Shown piece by piece: positions 8,112-16,521 of a stretch of DNA of 64,000 nucleotides. Every line of letters starts with the position of its first letter. The first letter of the stretch is position 1. The notes under the pieces were generated by a model that did no database searches, was not told the origin of the DNA, and saw only the letters and a program-made list of their open reading frames with translations. Position numbers and translations under genes: made by a program. This DNA is from Bryobacterales bacterium (GTDB taxonomy: Bacteria > Acidobacteriota > Terriglobia > Bryobacterales > Bryobacteraceae): contig CAVQLV010000004.1 of the NCBI GenBank assembly GCA_963713415.1, positions 945,517 through 1,009,516 of the forward strand, in the 5' to 3' direction.

Positions 8112-11100
8112 ATGGCGTGCAACGGTCCTGCCTGGGAAGCGCTCACGCGCCAATTCTATGACTGGGAAACGCGAGGGAGAGGATGGCAGGTCTTTGACGC
8201 CCCCGTGGCGCTGGAACCGCCATTCCGGCAGTTCTTCGGTCACTTCGTATCGGCTCCGCCGGGAACTCCAGTAGATGATGGCCGCCGACCGACCTTCCTA
8301 AGCTCCGTTATCGACGGCATCTTCAAGCCGCCTGGGCGTCCGGAGATTGCCCCGCACGAGGAGACGGAACAGGAGCCGGTTTACGTAGCGAGCGATACTC
8401 GCCTCATTGAAGTACGCGCCGTCTTGCCACCTGAAACGAAGATCACGAAAGATGCCGCCACTCAATTCCTTATGAGCCTTGGCCATGGGTCTCGGCCGGC
8501 AAGCTTTGAGATTGTGGGAACCGATGAAGCAGTCATCGTGCAACTTGCCGCGGCCGAAAGCGACCGCAGGCAGGTGCGCGAACAGCTCCGAGCATACTTC
8601 CCGGAGGCATTACTCTCGGAATCGCGCGGCTACCTGGAAGCCCTCTGGGACACGACGGGCGCGAAAGCGACAGCGGTCGTCGACTTTGGCCTTTCGAAGG
8701 AATTCATGCGGCCGCTGCGCTCGTTCGAGCGTTTTGATCCCGATCCCTTGGCGGGACTCATTGGTGCCATGTCGGAGCTTGGTGCCGGTGAAGTTGCACT
8801 ATTCCAAGTGCTCTTTGTCCCCGTGCGCCATCCGTGGCCGGAGAGCATCATGCGCGCTGTGACCGACGGTGCGGGGGATTCGTTCTTCGTTGACGATCCC
8901 GTGATCGTGAAACTCGCGGAAGAGAAGATATCCTCGCCGCTCTTTGCGGCGATAATCCGCGTGGCTGCCCAGAGTCCGAAGAGCAAACAGGCTTGGCGGA
9001 TTGCTCAAGCTATAGGAAAATCGCTGCGGCAGTTCACGGAAGCCGGGAGCAACGAACTGATCCCGCTCGCAAATGATGGTTATGACGACGCGCAACATTC
9101 AGATAATGTGATCGCGCGGCGGAGCTGTCGCGCCGGGCTCATTGTGAACCGCGATGAATTGGTGTCGCTCGTTCATCTGCCCTCTGCCTCCGCGCGGTCG
9201 GCGAAGCTGAAGCGCGAAGAGCGCAAGACCAAAGGTGCGCCCTCGCTCGCGTTTGGCCATGCACTGATCCTTGGTGAAAACCATAACGTGGGCAAAACGG
9301 TGCGCGTTTCGATGAGCACCGAACAGCGTGTCCGGCATATGCACCTCATCGGTGCTTCGGGCAGTGGTAAATCCACCTTGCTCTTGAACCTCATCGTTCA
9401 AGACATCGAACAGGGGAGCGGGCTCGCCGTTCTCGATCCGCACGGCGATCTTATCGACCAAGTGATCACCCGTATTCCCGAGGAGCGAATCAAGGATGTG
9501 GTGCTTCTCGATCCGTCTGACGAAGCGTATCCCGTCGGCTTCAACATACTTTCGGCGCATTCCGATCTTGAGCGCAACCTTCTGGCTTCGGATTTAGTTT
9601 CAGTTTTCAAGCGGCTCTCGACGAGTTTCGGCGATCAGATGACGACGGTCCTGGGGAACGCGATTCTCGCGTTTCTTGAGAGCACGGAGGGAGGGACGCT
9701 GTCGGACTTGCGACGATTCTTAGTTGAGCCAGGCTTCCGGCGAGCGGTTTCTTCAACCGTCCAGGATTCCGAAATCGTCTATTACTGGCAGAAGGAATTC
9801 TCGCTCCTTACCGGCAAACCGCAAGGGCCGATCCTCACGCGGCTCGATACCTTCCTTCGGCCGAAGGTGATCCGGTATATGGTTTCGCAAAAAGAGAACC
9901 GGCTGGATTTTGCGGAGATCATGAACGGCCGGAAGATCCTGCTCGCAAAGCTCTCGCAAGGCCTGATCGGAGAGGAGAACTCCTATCTCTTGGGCACGCT
10001 CATCGTATCGAAGCTGAACCAAATCGCGACGAGTCGGCAGAACATGGCGGCGTCACTCCGCCAGCCGTTCTATCTCTACATCGATGAGTTCCATAACTTC
10101 ATGACGCCTTCGCTTGCGGCGATCCTGTCCGGCGCCCGGAAATACAATTTGGGGTTGGTGCTCGCGCATCAAGAATTGCATCAGCTCTCGAACCGCGACG
10201 GAGACATCGCTTCGGCCGTCATTTCAAATCCGTACACCCGCGTTTGCTTTCGCCTCGGGGACTTCGATGCGAAGAAACTCGAAGACGGATTCTCGTTCTT
10301 CAAAGCGAAGGATCTCCAAAACCTGAGTGTGGGCGAAGCGATCGTTCGTATGGAGCGGGCGGAATATGATTTCAATTTGAAAACCGTTCCGATGTCTTTG
10401 GTTGAGCCATCGCTTGCGGCAAGCCGCCGCGAAAGGATCGTTGCCTCTTCACGGGAACGATATGCGAGAAGCCGAGAAGAGGTGGAGACGGTTATCCGGG
10501 CTGGTCGCGAAGCGGCGGAGTCGGAGGTGGTTTCTCATGGGAAGCGGGCCAGATTGCGCGTGGAGATCCCGCTTCCTTCCACAAAGGGAGCGCGGGCGTC
10601 GGAAGCTCCGAACCAAACCGCAGAGCCACAAGCTCCCGGACGGGGAGGGGAACATCATAAGTATCTACAGCAGCTCATCAAACGTTGGGCGGAAGGCAGA
10701 GGATACCAGGTGACGCTCGAAAAGCCGGTACTCGACGGCATGGGTATCATCGATGTCGTTTTGGAGAAGGGCGGGCTCGCTCCCATTGCGTGCGAAATTT
10801 CCATCACAACACCGGTTGAACATGAACTGAAGAATGCAGAGAAGTGCCTGGTTGCCGGATACGAGCATGTCTTTCTCGTTGCCCCGGATAGGGATACACT
10901 CGCCCGCGTGAGGGCTCGCGCTACTTCGGTGTTGACTCCAGCCCAACTGAAGAAAGTTCGGTTCGTGCTACCCGAGGAAGTGTTTGCTTCAGTTTCAGTG
11001 CTCGATGCCGGGGCCACGTCGCGGGAAGGGGACGGGGCGAAGCAAGACTCAAAGGAACTGCTCACCGCCAAAGAGGTAGAAGAGCTCGTCCGGATCGATG

Positions 11101-11231
11101 TGAAGACAATCTATGGCTATGTGCAAAAGGGACTGATACCCTATGTTCGGATTCAGTCGAACCTGCGGTTTTTGAAGTCAGAAGTGCTCGCGTGGGTGGC
11201 GGACCACAGTTCGAAAAGGCGGAGAAGGTGA
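8112..11231 (+). CDS. Multidomain protein: unknown N-domain + TraD/VirD4-like ATPase + restriction-endonuclease-like module + excisionase/MerR-type HTH
   Basis: 1039 aa. Walker A GASGSGKST (aa 414-422). Walker B FYLYIDEFHNF (aa 653-663). LVLAHQELHQL. aa 845-927, HHKYLQQLIKRW...GIIDVVLEKGG...IACEISITT...EKCLVAGYEHVFLV, resembles a PD-(D/E)xK-type fold. aa 982-1030, LLTAKEVEELVRIDVKTIYGYVQKGLIPYVRIQSNLRFLKSEVLAWV, resembles an excisionase-family HTH. Confidence 0.75.
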   Translation: MACNGPAWEALTRQFYDWETRGRGWQVFDAPVALEPPFRQFFGHFVSAPPGTPVDDGRRPTFLSSVIDGIFKPPGRPEIAPHEETEQEPVYVASDTRLIEVRAVLPPETKITKDAATQFLMSLGHGSRPASFEIVGTDEAVIVQLAAAESDRRQVREQLRAYFPEALLSESRGYLEALWDTTGAKATAVVDFGLSKEFMRPLRSFERFDPDPLAGLIGAMSELGAGEVALFQVLFVPVRHPWPESIMRAVTDGAGDSFFVDDPVIVKLAEEKISSPLFAAIIRVAAQSPKSKQAWRIAQAIGKSLRQFTEAGSNELIPLANDGYDDAQHSDNVIARRSCRAGLIVNRDELVSLVHLPSASARSAKLKREERKTKGAPSLAFGHALILGENHNVGKTVRVSMSTEQRVRHMHLIGASGSGKSTLLLNLIVQDIEQGSGLAVLDPHGDLIDQVITRIPEERIKDVVLLDPSDEAYPVGFNILSAHSDLERNLLASDLVSVFKRLSTSFGDQMTTVLGNAILAFLESTEGGTLSDLRRFLVEPGFRRAVSSTVQDSEIVYYWQKEFSLLTGKPQGPILTRLDTFLRPKVIRYMVSQKENRLDFAEIMNGRKILLAKLSQGLIGEENSYLLGTLIVSKLNQIATSRQNMAASLRQPFYLYIDEFHNFMTPSLAAILSGARKYNLGLVLAHQELHQLSNRDGDIASAVISNPYTRVCFRLGDFDAKKLEDGFSFFKAKDLQNLSVGEAIVRMERAEYDFNLKTVPMSLVEPSLAASRRERIVASSRERYARSREEVETVIRAGREAAESEVVSHGKRARLRVEIPLPSTKGARASEAPNQTAEPQAPGRGGEHHKYLQQLIKRWAEGRGYQVTLEKPVLDGMGIIDVVLEKGGLAPIACEISITTPVEHELKNAEKCLVAGYEHVFLVAPDRDTLARVRARATSVLTPAQLKKVRFVLPEEVFASVSVLDAGATSREGDGAKQDSKELLTAKEVEELVRIDVKTIYGYVQKGLIPYVRIQSNLRFLKSEVLAWVADHSSKRRRR

Positions 11232-11390
11232 CACTCTCAGCCATTTTGGTGTCTGTTTGGTGTCTATTTTGAAAGGGCACCGGAGAGTTCTCTGGAGACT
11301 ATAGAGACTGTGCAGACTCGGCGTAAGAGAATGGAATGAACGGGATGCGCACCTGGTGCCGAAAGCTCAATGGTTTGCGTGAGCGCTGAG

Positions 11391-11413
11391 TTCGAATCCC
11401 CCCCTCTCCGCCA
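11391..11413 (+). other. tRNA-Ser-like 3' end (T-loop, T-stem 3' strand, acceptor 3' strand, GCCA), a probable att remnant
   Basis: TTCGAATCCCCCCTCTCCGCCA: T-loop TTCGAAT, CCCCC, CCTCTCC, discriminator G, CCA. The 5' T-stem partner (CTGAG) does not pair, so this is not an intact tRNA. Confidence 0.5.
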
Positions 11414-11477
11414 TTGTTATTTTCAATGGTTTAAAGCCAATCAACTCCCTTCGTGGTGCAATATGGTACGACGAAGC

Positions 11478-11648
11478 ATGGCGCTCAGCCTCTATCGCCG
11501 TCACCGCCGGGAGTGTAAAGCCGGGCATCCTCATAACCATCTCTCGAGCGAATTTGACGAACGGAAGCGCGGCTGGAAACGTTGCGAATGCCCGATCGTA
11601 ATCTCGGGAACGCTCGCCGGAAAGTTCCGCCGCCACAGCACCGGCAAG
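11478..11648 (+). pseudogene. 5' fragment (57 codons) of a tyrosine-type integrase
   Basis: MALSLYRRHRRECKAGHPHNHLSSEFDERKRGWKRCECPIVISGTLAGKFRRHSTGK matches my recollection of the Cys/His-rich N-terminus of acidobacterial site-specific integrases. It lies 65 nt downstream of the tRNA-like end. Similarity stops at 11648, where phoU-derived sequence begins on the other strand. Confidence 0.5.
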
Positions 11649-12174
11649 TTATCAGTTCCCTTGAGACCAGCTCCTTCAGAAAATCCACTTCGTCGTCGGA
11701 AATCAGAACCGTGCGAGCCAACTCTTCGTCACCATGCGCCAGCGCATCCAGGCTCCTGCGAACCATATTTTCGACCAGGCCTGCCATCCGCGGAATATCG
11801 ATCAATGGATTTACCGGCGCATGCCGCATCAGCGAGAGAGCCCGATGCGTGATGTTGACGGCCAGATCGCCCATCCGCTCCAGGTCGCCATTGATCTTGA
11901 TCGCGGCAGTCAGATAACGCATGTCCCCGGCCATAGGCTGATATAGCGCCAGCAGGCGGGTGGCAAACTCATCGATCTCAAGGTCCTTCTGATTGATGAG
12001 GGCCTCTTTCCAAAACACGTCCTTCGCCGCCGCCTCGTCGCGATGAACCAGCGCCACGATGCTTTGATGGATCGCCGATTCCACCAGTCCTGCCATCTCC
12101 AGAAGCCGGTTCTGCAATTCGTCCAGTTGTTCTCGAAAGCGAATCAACGTCTTGCTATGTCGCCCTTCCCGCAT
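11485..12174 (-). pseudogene. phoU: phoU, 3'-truncated (the homologous part is 11647..12174)
   Basis: The first PhoU repeat is intact (IRFREQLDELQNRLLEMAGLVESAI...INGDLERMGDLAVNITHRAL). The second repeat starts (LISDDEVDFLKELVSRELIT), then switches to unrelated CRCCGGGTFRRAF. The second ERxGDxxxNI motif is missing. Confidence 0.65.
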
Positions 12175-12369
12175 AACCAGTACAGCACGAATTACCGCCG
12201 GGTCGGCTTGTTAATCGCAATGCTACACTGGCGAAAGCTGGTATGACGCACAGACTCTGAAATGTTGAAGTGCCCGGCGTGACCGGGTCACGAGCCGAGA
12301 CCATCGACCCGTAGGCGGCTATCTTCGCGCGTACTGCGGGCCAGGATGCCCGGCAGAATGCGAGGAAAG

Positions 12370-13500
12370 ATGACCACCACTGCAGAAACCTACGAATCCA
12401 TGCTTGAGCGGGTGTGCACCGATAGTGTCTGCCCCCACGCTGCTGCTGTCGATCGAGACAGCGCTTTTCCAACGGAGTCGATCCGGGTTCTCGCTGCGGC
12501 CGGACTTCTGGGCGCGCTCAGTTCCACCGGCTCCGGCGGCCTGGACCTCGGACTTCCCGGCGCCGCGCGCATCGTACGACGCATCGCCGAAGAGTGCGGG
12601 TCGACGGCCATGGTTTTGACGATGCACTATTGCGGTGTCGCGGTACTGGAGGCGCACGGGCCAAAGGAGGTTCGCGCTGCTGCAGCGTCGGGAGCACACC
12701 TCAGCACGCTGGCATTTAGCGAATCTGGAACGCGGAGCCATTTCTGGGCACCTGTCGGCACCGCATCCTCGCTCGATGGAAAGGTCCAACTGAACGCCAG
12801 CAAGAGCTGGATCACATCGGCTGCGCACGCTACGGCCTACGTCTGGTCATCGCGTCCGCTCGCGGCAGAGGGCGCGAGCACCATCTGGCTGGTTCCCGCG
12901 TCGTCGCCCGGACTTACCGTGGCAGGCCCGTTCGAAGGCTTGGGGCTTCGCGGCAACGACTCGTCACCGGTCCGAGCGGAGGATGTCCACGTCCCTCCGG
13001 CCGCGATGCTCGGGGGCGACGGCCAAGGATTCGAAATGATGATGAACATCGTGCTGCCGACGTTCGCGGTTTTGACCGCGGCCTGCTCGAACGGTCTGAT
13101 GTCGGGCGCCATCCGCCGGACAGTGGAGCACGTCACCAGCACGCGCCACAGCGATACGGGCGCTGCTTTGTCGGAGCTGCCCACGATCCGAAACTACGTC
13201 GCACGAATGCGCGTGAAGGCAGATCTTTCAGACGCTCTGCTCGGCGACACTATCGCGGCAATCACCGCCAAGCGGGCCGACGCCATGCTGCGCGTACTGG
13301 AGTGCAAGGCGGCGGCCGGAGAATCCGCCAACGAAGTGCTCGATCTGGCGATGAGGGTATGCGGTGGCTCTGCGTTTCGGAAAGAGGTTGGAGTCGAGCG
13401 ATTCTTTCGCGATGCGCGGGCGGCCGGCGTCATGGCGCCCACCACCGACGTCCTCTACGATTTTCTGGGGAAAGCCGTCTGCGGCATGCCGCTGTTCTGA
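12370..13500 (+). CDS. Acyl-CoA dehydrogenase-fold flavoprotein lacking the catalytic Glu (oxygenase/oxidase-type)
   Basis: ATG at 12370 with GAGGAAAG upstream. ACAD-like throughout (GLLGAL..., WITSAAHA, GFEMMMNIVLP, RFFRDARA). The position of the usual YEGT catalytic Glu reads GVMAPTTDVLYDF. Confidence 0.75.
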   Translation: MTTTAETYESMLERVCTDSVCPHAAAVDRDSAFPTESIRVLAAAGLLGALSSTGSGGLDLGLPGAARIVRRIAEECGSTAMVLTMHYCGVAVLEAHGPKEVRAAAASGAHLSTLAFSESGTRSHFWAPVGTASSLDGKVQLNASKSWITSAAHATAYVWSSRPLAAEGASTIWLVPASSPGLTVAGPFEGLGLRGNDSSPVRAEDVHVPPAAMLGGDGQGFEMMMNIVLPTFAVLTAACSNGLMSGAIRRTVEHVTSTRHSDTGAALSELPTIRNYVARMRVKADLSDALLGDTIAAITAKRADAMLRVLECKAAAGESANEVLDLAMRVCGGSAFRKEVGVERFFRDARAAGVMAPTTDVLYDFLGKAVCGMPLF

Positions 13501-13513
13501 ACGGAATCAAGAC

Positions 13514-14371
13514 ATGACCGAGAATCCACTTCTGTTGGGCGCTGTCGCCTATGACCCGAAAGTCGTCACGATCTGGGATGGTTTTCAGAGTTATTTCAAT
13601 TCGCACGGACTTGAATTCGATTACGTGCTCTATACCAACTACGAACGTCAGGTGGAGGCGCTTTTGGCCGGCCACATTGACGTCGCCTGGAATTCGCCGC
13701 TGGCCTGGCTACAGGCCGAACGGATCGCAGGCCAGCTCGGGCAACGTGCCGCGGCCATTTGCATGCGTGACACGGACCGCGACCTTGTTTCCGTGATCGT
13801 GACGCGCGAGGGCGGTCCTGTTCGGAGCGTAAGCGACCTGAAGGGCCGCCGTGTCGCGGTTGGCGCGAAGGATTCACCGCAAGCGACGCTTATTCCGCTT
13901 TATCACATCGCGCAACAAGGTCTTGAGCCGAATCGCGACTTTGAGGTGCTCCCTTTCGACCAGTTGGCCGGCAAGCACGGGGACCACATCGGAGGGGAAC
14001 GCGATGCCGTGCGGGCACTCATTCGCGGAGACTGCGATGCCGCCTGCCTGATCGACGGCAACCTTCTTCTGTTCGCGCAGGAGGGCACTCTTCCGGCGGG
14101 GTCCGTCCGCACGATTGCGGCCACGCCTTTGTACGATCATTGCAACTTCACTGTAATCGATGGCAGAATGTCCAGTTCACTGGAACTTTTCCGGAAACTC
14201 CTGCTCGCCATGTCCTACGAAGATCCCGATGTTCGCCGGCTTCTCGACCTGGAGGGCTTAAAACGCTGGCTGCCCGGCCGAACAGATGGCTACCAGCTCC
14301 TGTCGAATGCAGTCGGTCATTTTGGGTACCTCGACGAGTTCGTCCGGGCCGTGGCCGCGAGATGCGCGTAG
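13514..14371 (+). CDS. PhnD/SsuA-type substrate-binding-fold protein without a signal peptide
   Basis: ATG at 13514. MTENPLLLGAVAYDPKVVTIWDGFQSYF...HIDVAWNSPLAWL...GRRVAVGAKDSPQATLIPL is typical of PhnD-like periplasmic-binding-fold proteins, but there is no hydrophobic leader. Confidence 0.7.
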   Translation: MTENPLLLGAVAYDPKVVTIWDGFQSYFNSHGLEFDYVLYTNYERQVEALLAGHIDVAWNSPLAWLQAERIAGQLGQRAAAICMRDTDRDLVSVIVTREGGPVRSVSDLKGRRVAVGAKDSPQATLIPLYHIAQQGLEPNRDFEVLPFDQLAGKHGDHIGGERDAVRALIRGDCDAACLIDGNLLLFAQEGTLPAGSVRTIAATPLYDHCNFTVIDGRMSSSLELFRKLLLAMSYEDPDVRRLLDLEGLKRWLPGRTDGYQLLSNAVGHFGYLDEFVRAVAARCA

Positions 14372-15558
14372 ATCTTGATGATCTCGGATTCAACAGCGGC
14401 GGCGCGCTGCTAGTGAAGCGCGCATTGCGCCTGGCGGGGCCGGCGGAGTCGGTCACTGTGACGGGTCGTTCTCCCGATTTAGCGGTACACGTACGAGCCT
14501 GGAGCCGTGCTGAGGGACATGATTTCCGATGGGTGGAAGATTCCGCGAACGGTTACGCGCAACTCGTCAAAGGGCCCACGGCGGACCAACGCTGGTCCGG
14601 CGCGGAGCGAGCAGGTGGCGCTGATCCTCGCGAACGTACAGCCGTGCTTGACCGCCCGCCCCACCGCTGGGGCCTGGCAGGCCGAGGAGCTCTGGTCGAG
14701 GCGGGCTCACCAGAGTTTCATTTTTCTCTCGATCGCAAAGCGGAGATCTGGTCTGCCGACGCGATCCGGATGTACGCACAGGCTGCTGCGGCTCAGTGGG
14801 ATCCGGCGAAGGCCGTGCCCTGGGATGTGAAGTTCGATCTGCCGGAAGAGGTAGAAGACGCAATCGTACAAATCATGACGTACCTCGTCGAGAATGAGAC
14901 TGCCGCGCTGGTGGTGCCCAGCCGCTTCGTCGCACAGATCCACCCGCATTTTCGTGAAGTCATGCAGGTGCTTGCCATCCAGGCCGCGGACGAGGCGCGG
15001 CATATCGAGGTATTCACACGGCGCGCTCTGTTAAAACGCAAGGAACTCGGCCTCTCGACAACCGGCGGGCAGGCTTCGCTTCAGACGTTGGTGGAGGAGC
15101 CGAACTTTGCCATCGCGTCGTTCCTGCTGTCCGTGCTGGGTGAGGGGACCTTTCTGAACCTGCTCTGGTTTCTGGAACGTGTCGCGCCCGATCCGATCAC
15201 TTCGGCCGTCTGCCGCCTTGCCGCCCAGGACGAGGCGCGCCACGTGGCATTCGGCATGTCGCATCTGCGTGAACACATTCAACGCGAACCATCGACTCGA
15301 CAGACACTGATGAACGCGGTTCGGCGCAGGCACGAAACGCTCCGTCATACCGCTGGACTGAACGCCGAGGTCTTCGATGCTCTGGTGCTGCTTGCGGCTG
15401 GATCGTGGGAAGGCGCGGATATCGCCATGGGTCACGCTTCCGTTTCGGCTCTCAACCAGGAGATGCATATTGGGCGCAAAAGACGCCTCCTGAAGCTTGG
15501 CTTCGAAGACGCGGATGCGGATGAGATGTCCACTCTCCATACGCGGAATTTCATGTAG
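14362..15558 (+). CDS. Degenerate TusA-like N-domain fused to a ferritin-like diiron (ExxH x2) oxygenase domain
   Basis: ATG at 14362 overlaps the upstream stop by 10 nt. Two DEARH motifs (AADEARHIEVF and AQDEARHVAFG) with upstream Glu residues (YLVENETAA, SVLGEGTF). The N-terminal 70 aa are TusA/SirA-like but lack the Cys-Pro motif. Confidence 0.7.
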   Translation: MRVDLDDLGFNSGGALLVKRALRLAGPAESVTVTGRSPDLAVHVRAWSRAEGHDFRWVEDSANGYAQLVKGPTADQRWSGAERAGGADPRERTAVLDRPPHRWGLAGRGALVEAGSPEFHFSLDRKAEIWSADAIRMYAQAAAAQWDPAKAVPWDVKFDLPEEVEDAIVQIMTYLVENETAALVVPSRFVAQIHPHFREVMQVLAIQAADEARHIEVFTRRALLKRKELGLSTTGGQASLQTLVEEPNFAIASFLLSVLGEGTFLNLLWFLERVAPDPITSAVCRLAAQDEARHVAFGMSHLREHIQREPSTRQTLMNAVRRRHETLRHTAGLNAEVFDALVLLAAGSWEGADIAMGHASVSALNQEMHIGRKRRLLKLGFEDADADEMSTLHTRNFM

Positions 15559-16067
15559 ACAGTCCGTTGTTTAGCGAGCACCTTACGCGTTATTCGGAAA
15601 TAACCCGCCGATGTACAACACCCTGTCGCTTTGGAACCCAGCTCACTGGGACTGTGTAGCGCGAGGTTCACCCCGGATTGCAATCTGGGAGATGAGATTC
15701 GGAGGGCCGTGTGGGCGCGATCCTGCACTCCATTTTCGCTCCATTGAGAACACCTCAAGATAGTCGCGGCGGCAGAATCATTTCGCGTGCCGTCTCCCGA
15801 AGATCGGTCCTGTTGCGGAGAATGGCTTACGAATCCCCATGTCCTGGATCTCCACAACCGGACCCCGAACCGTAAAGGACTTGCGAAGCTGAATGAACGA
15901 ACTGCTTTGCAGTTCTCGCTGGCTCCGCAACTCCTACATCTGTGGGGTGCGGTAGATGTGATAAACGTACCCTCCACCGGTGTGATGTCGCTCGCCAGTG
16001 CTCGGGTCGTGGCGGGGGATAGTGTCTATTTGAAAACAACGCTGTCGAAAGAGAGCGAAAGCAGTTG

Positions 16068-16511
16068 CTACACTAAATTGCCACTTCGGAGCGTCTGGCG
16101 GGGATTGGCTTCATAACTCACCTCGATTCTTCGGACGACGATTTCACCGGATGGACCGCCCGACTGATTCGGAAAAAGGACGAGGTGTTTGAAATAAGTC
16201 GGCGCCTTCGTCTGCCCGCGACCGATCCCGGCACCGAAATCGTTGAAACCAGTGTGGGGGAACCATACCTTTTGCTTCAGTAAATTGTGAGCAAGTTTCC
16301 GATCACTGTACGGATTTTGTACAAAGCGTCTCCCCGCGCAACTATACGATGGGATGTTAGCCATCAGGGCATGGATTCGAAAATCGAATTCGGAGTGCTG
16401 CGAGGCTGCGGTCCTAATGGGAAGCATGGCTTGCACCTCCAACTCTTCATAGTTACGCGACCCATATATGGCGATCGGTAGCGCCCTCAGCTCACGGCAA
16501 CACGGCCACAA
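16068..16511 (-). CDS. Hypothetical protein (weak call)
   Basis: 147-aa ORF with no motif I recognise. It may itself be a fragment of a decayed gene extending toward 15600. Confidence 0.25.
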   Translation of the reverse strand: MWPCCRELRALPIAIYGSRNYEELEVQAMLPIRTAASQHSEFDFRIHALMANIPSYSCAGRRFVQNPYSDRKLAHNLLKQKVWFPHTGFNDFGAGIGRGQTKAPTYFKHLVLFPNQSGGPSGEIVVRRIEVSYEANPRQTLRSGNLV

Positions 16512-16521
16512 TCAAGTATCC

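Noticed and set aside
11245-11266. Tandem TTGGTGTCT(G/A)T repeat after the 1039-aa gene as a functional element
   Set aside because: There are only two short copies, with no associated hairpin or further occurrences. The evidence is insufficient.
11282-11413. An intact tRNA (or tmRNA) gene
   Set aside because: Only the 3' 23 nt fit a tRNA. The T-stem 5' strand (CTGAG) cannot pair with CCCCC, and no D-loop or canonical anticodon loop is present (position 33 would be G). The 132-nt span is too long for a tRNA and too short for a tmRNA, and it lacks tmRNA features.
15432-15977. 181-aa minus-strand ORF downstream of the diiron gene
   Set aside because: It overlaps the 3' end of 14362..15558 in antisense, and its composition is unconvincing.
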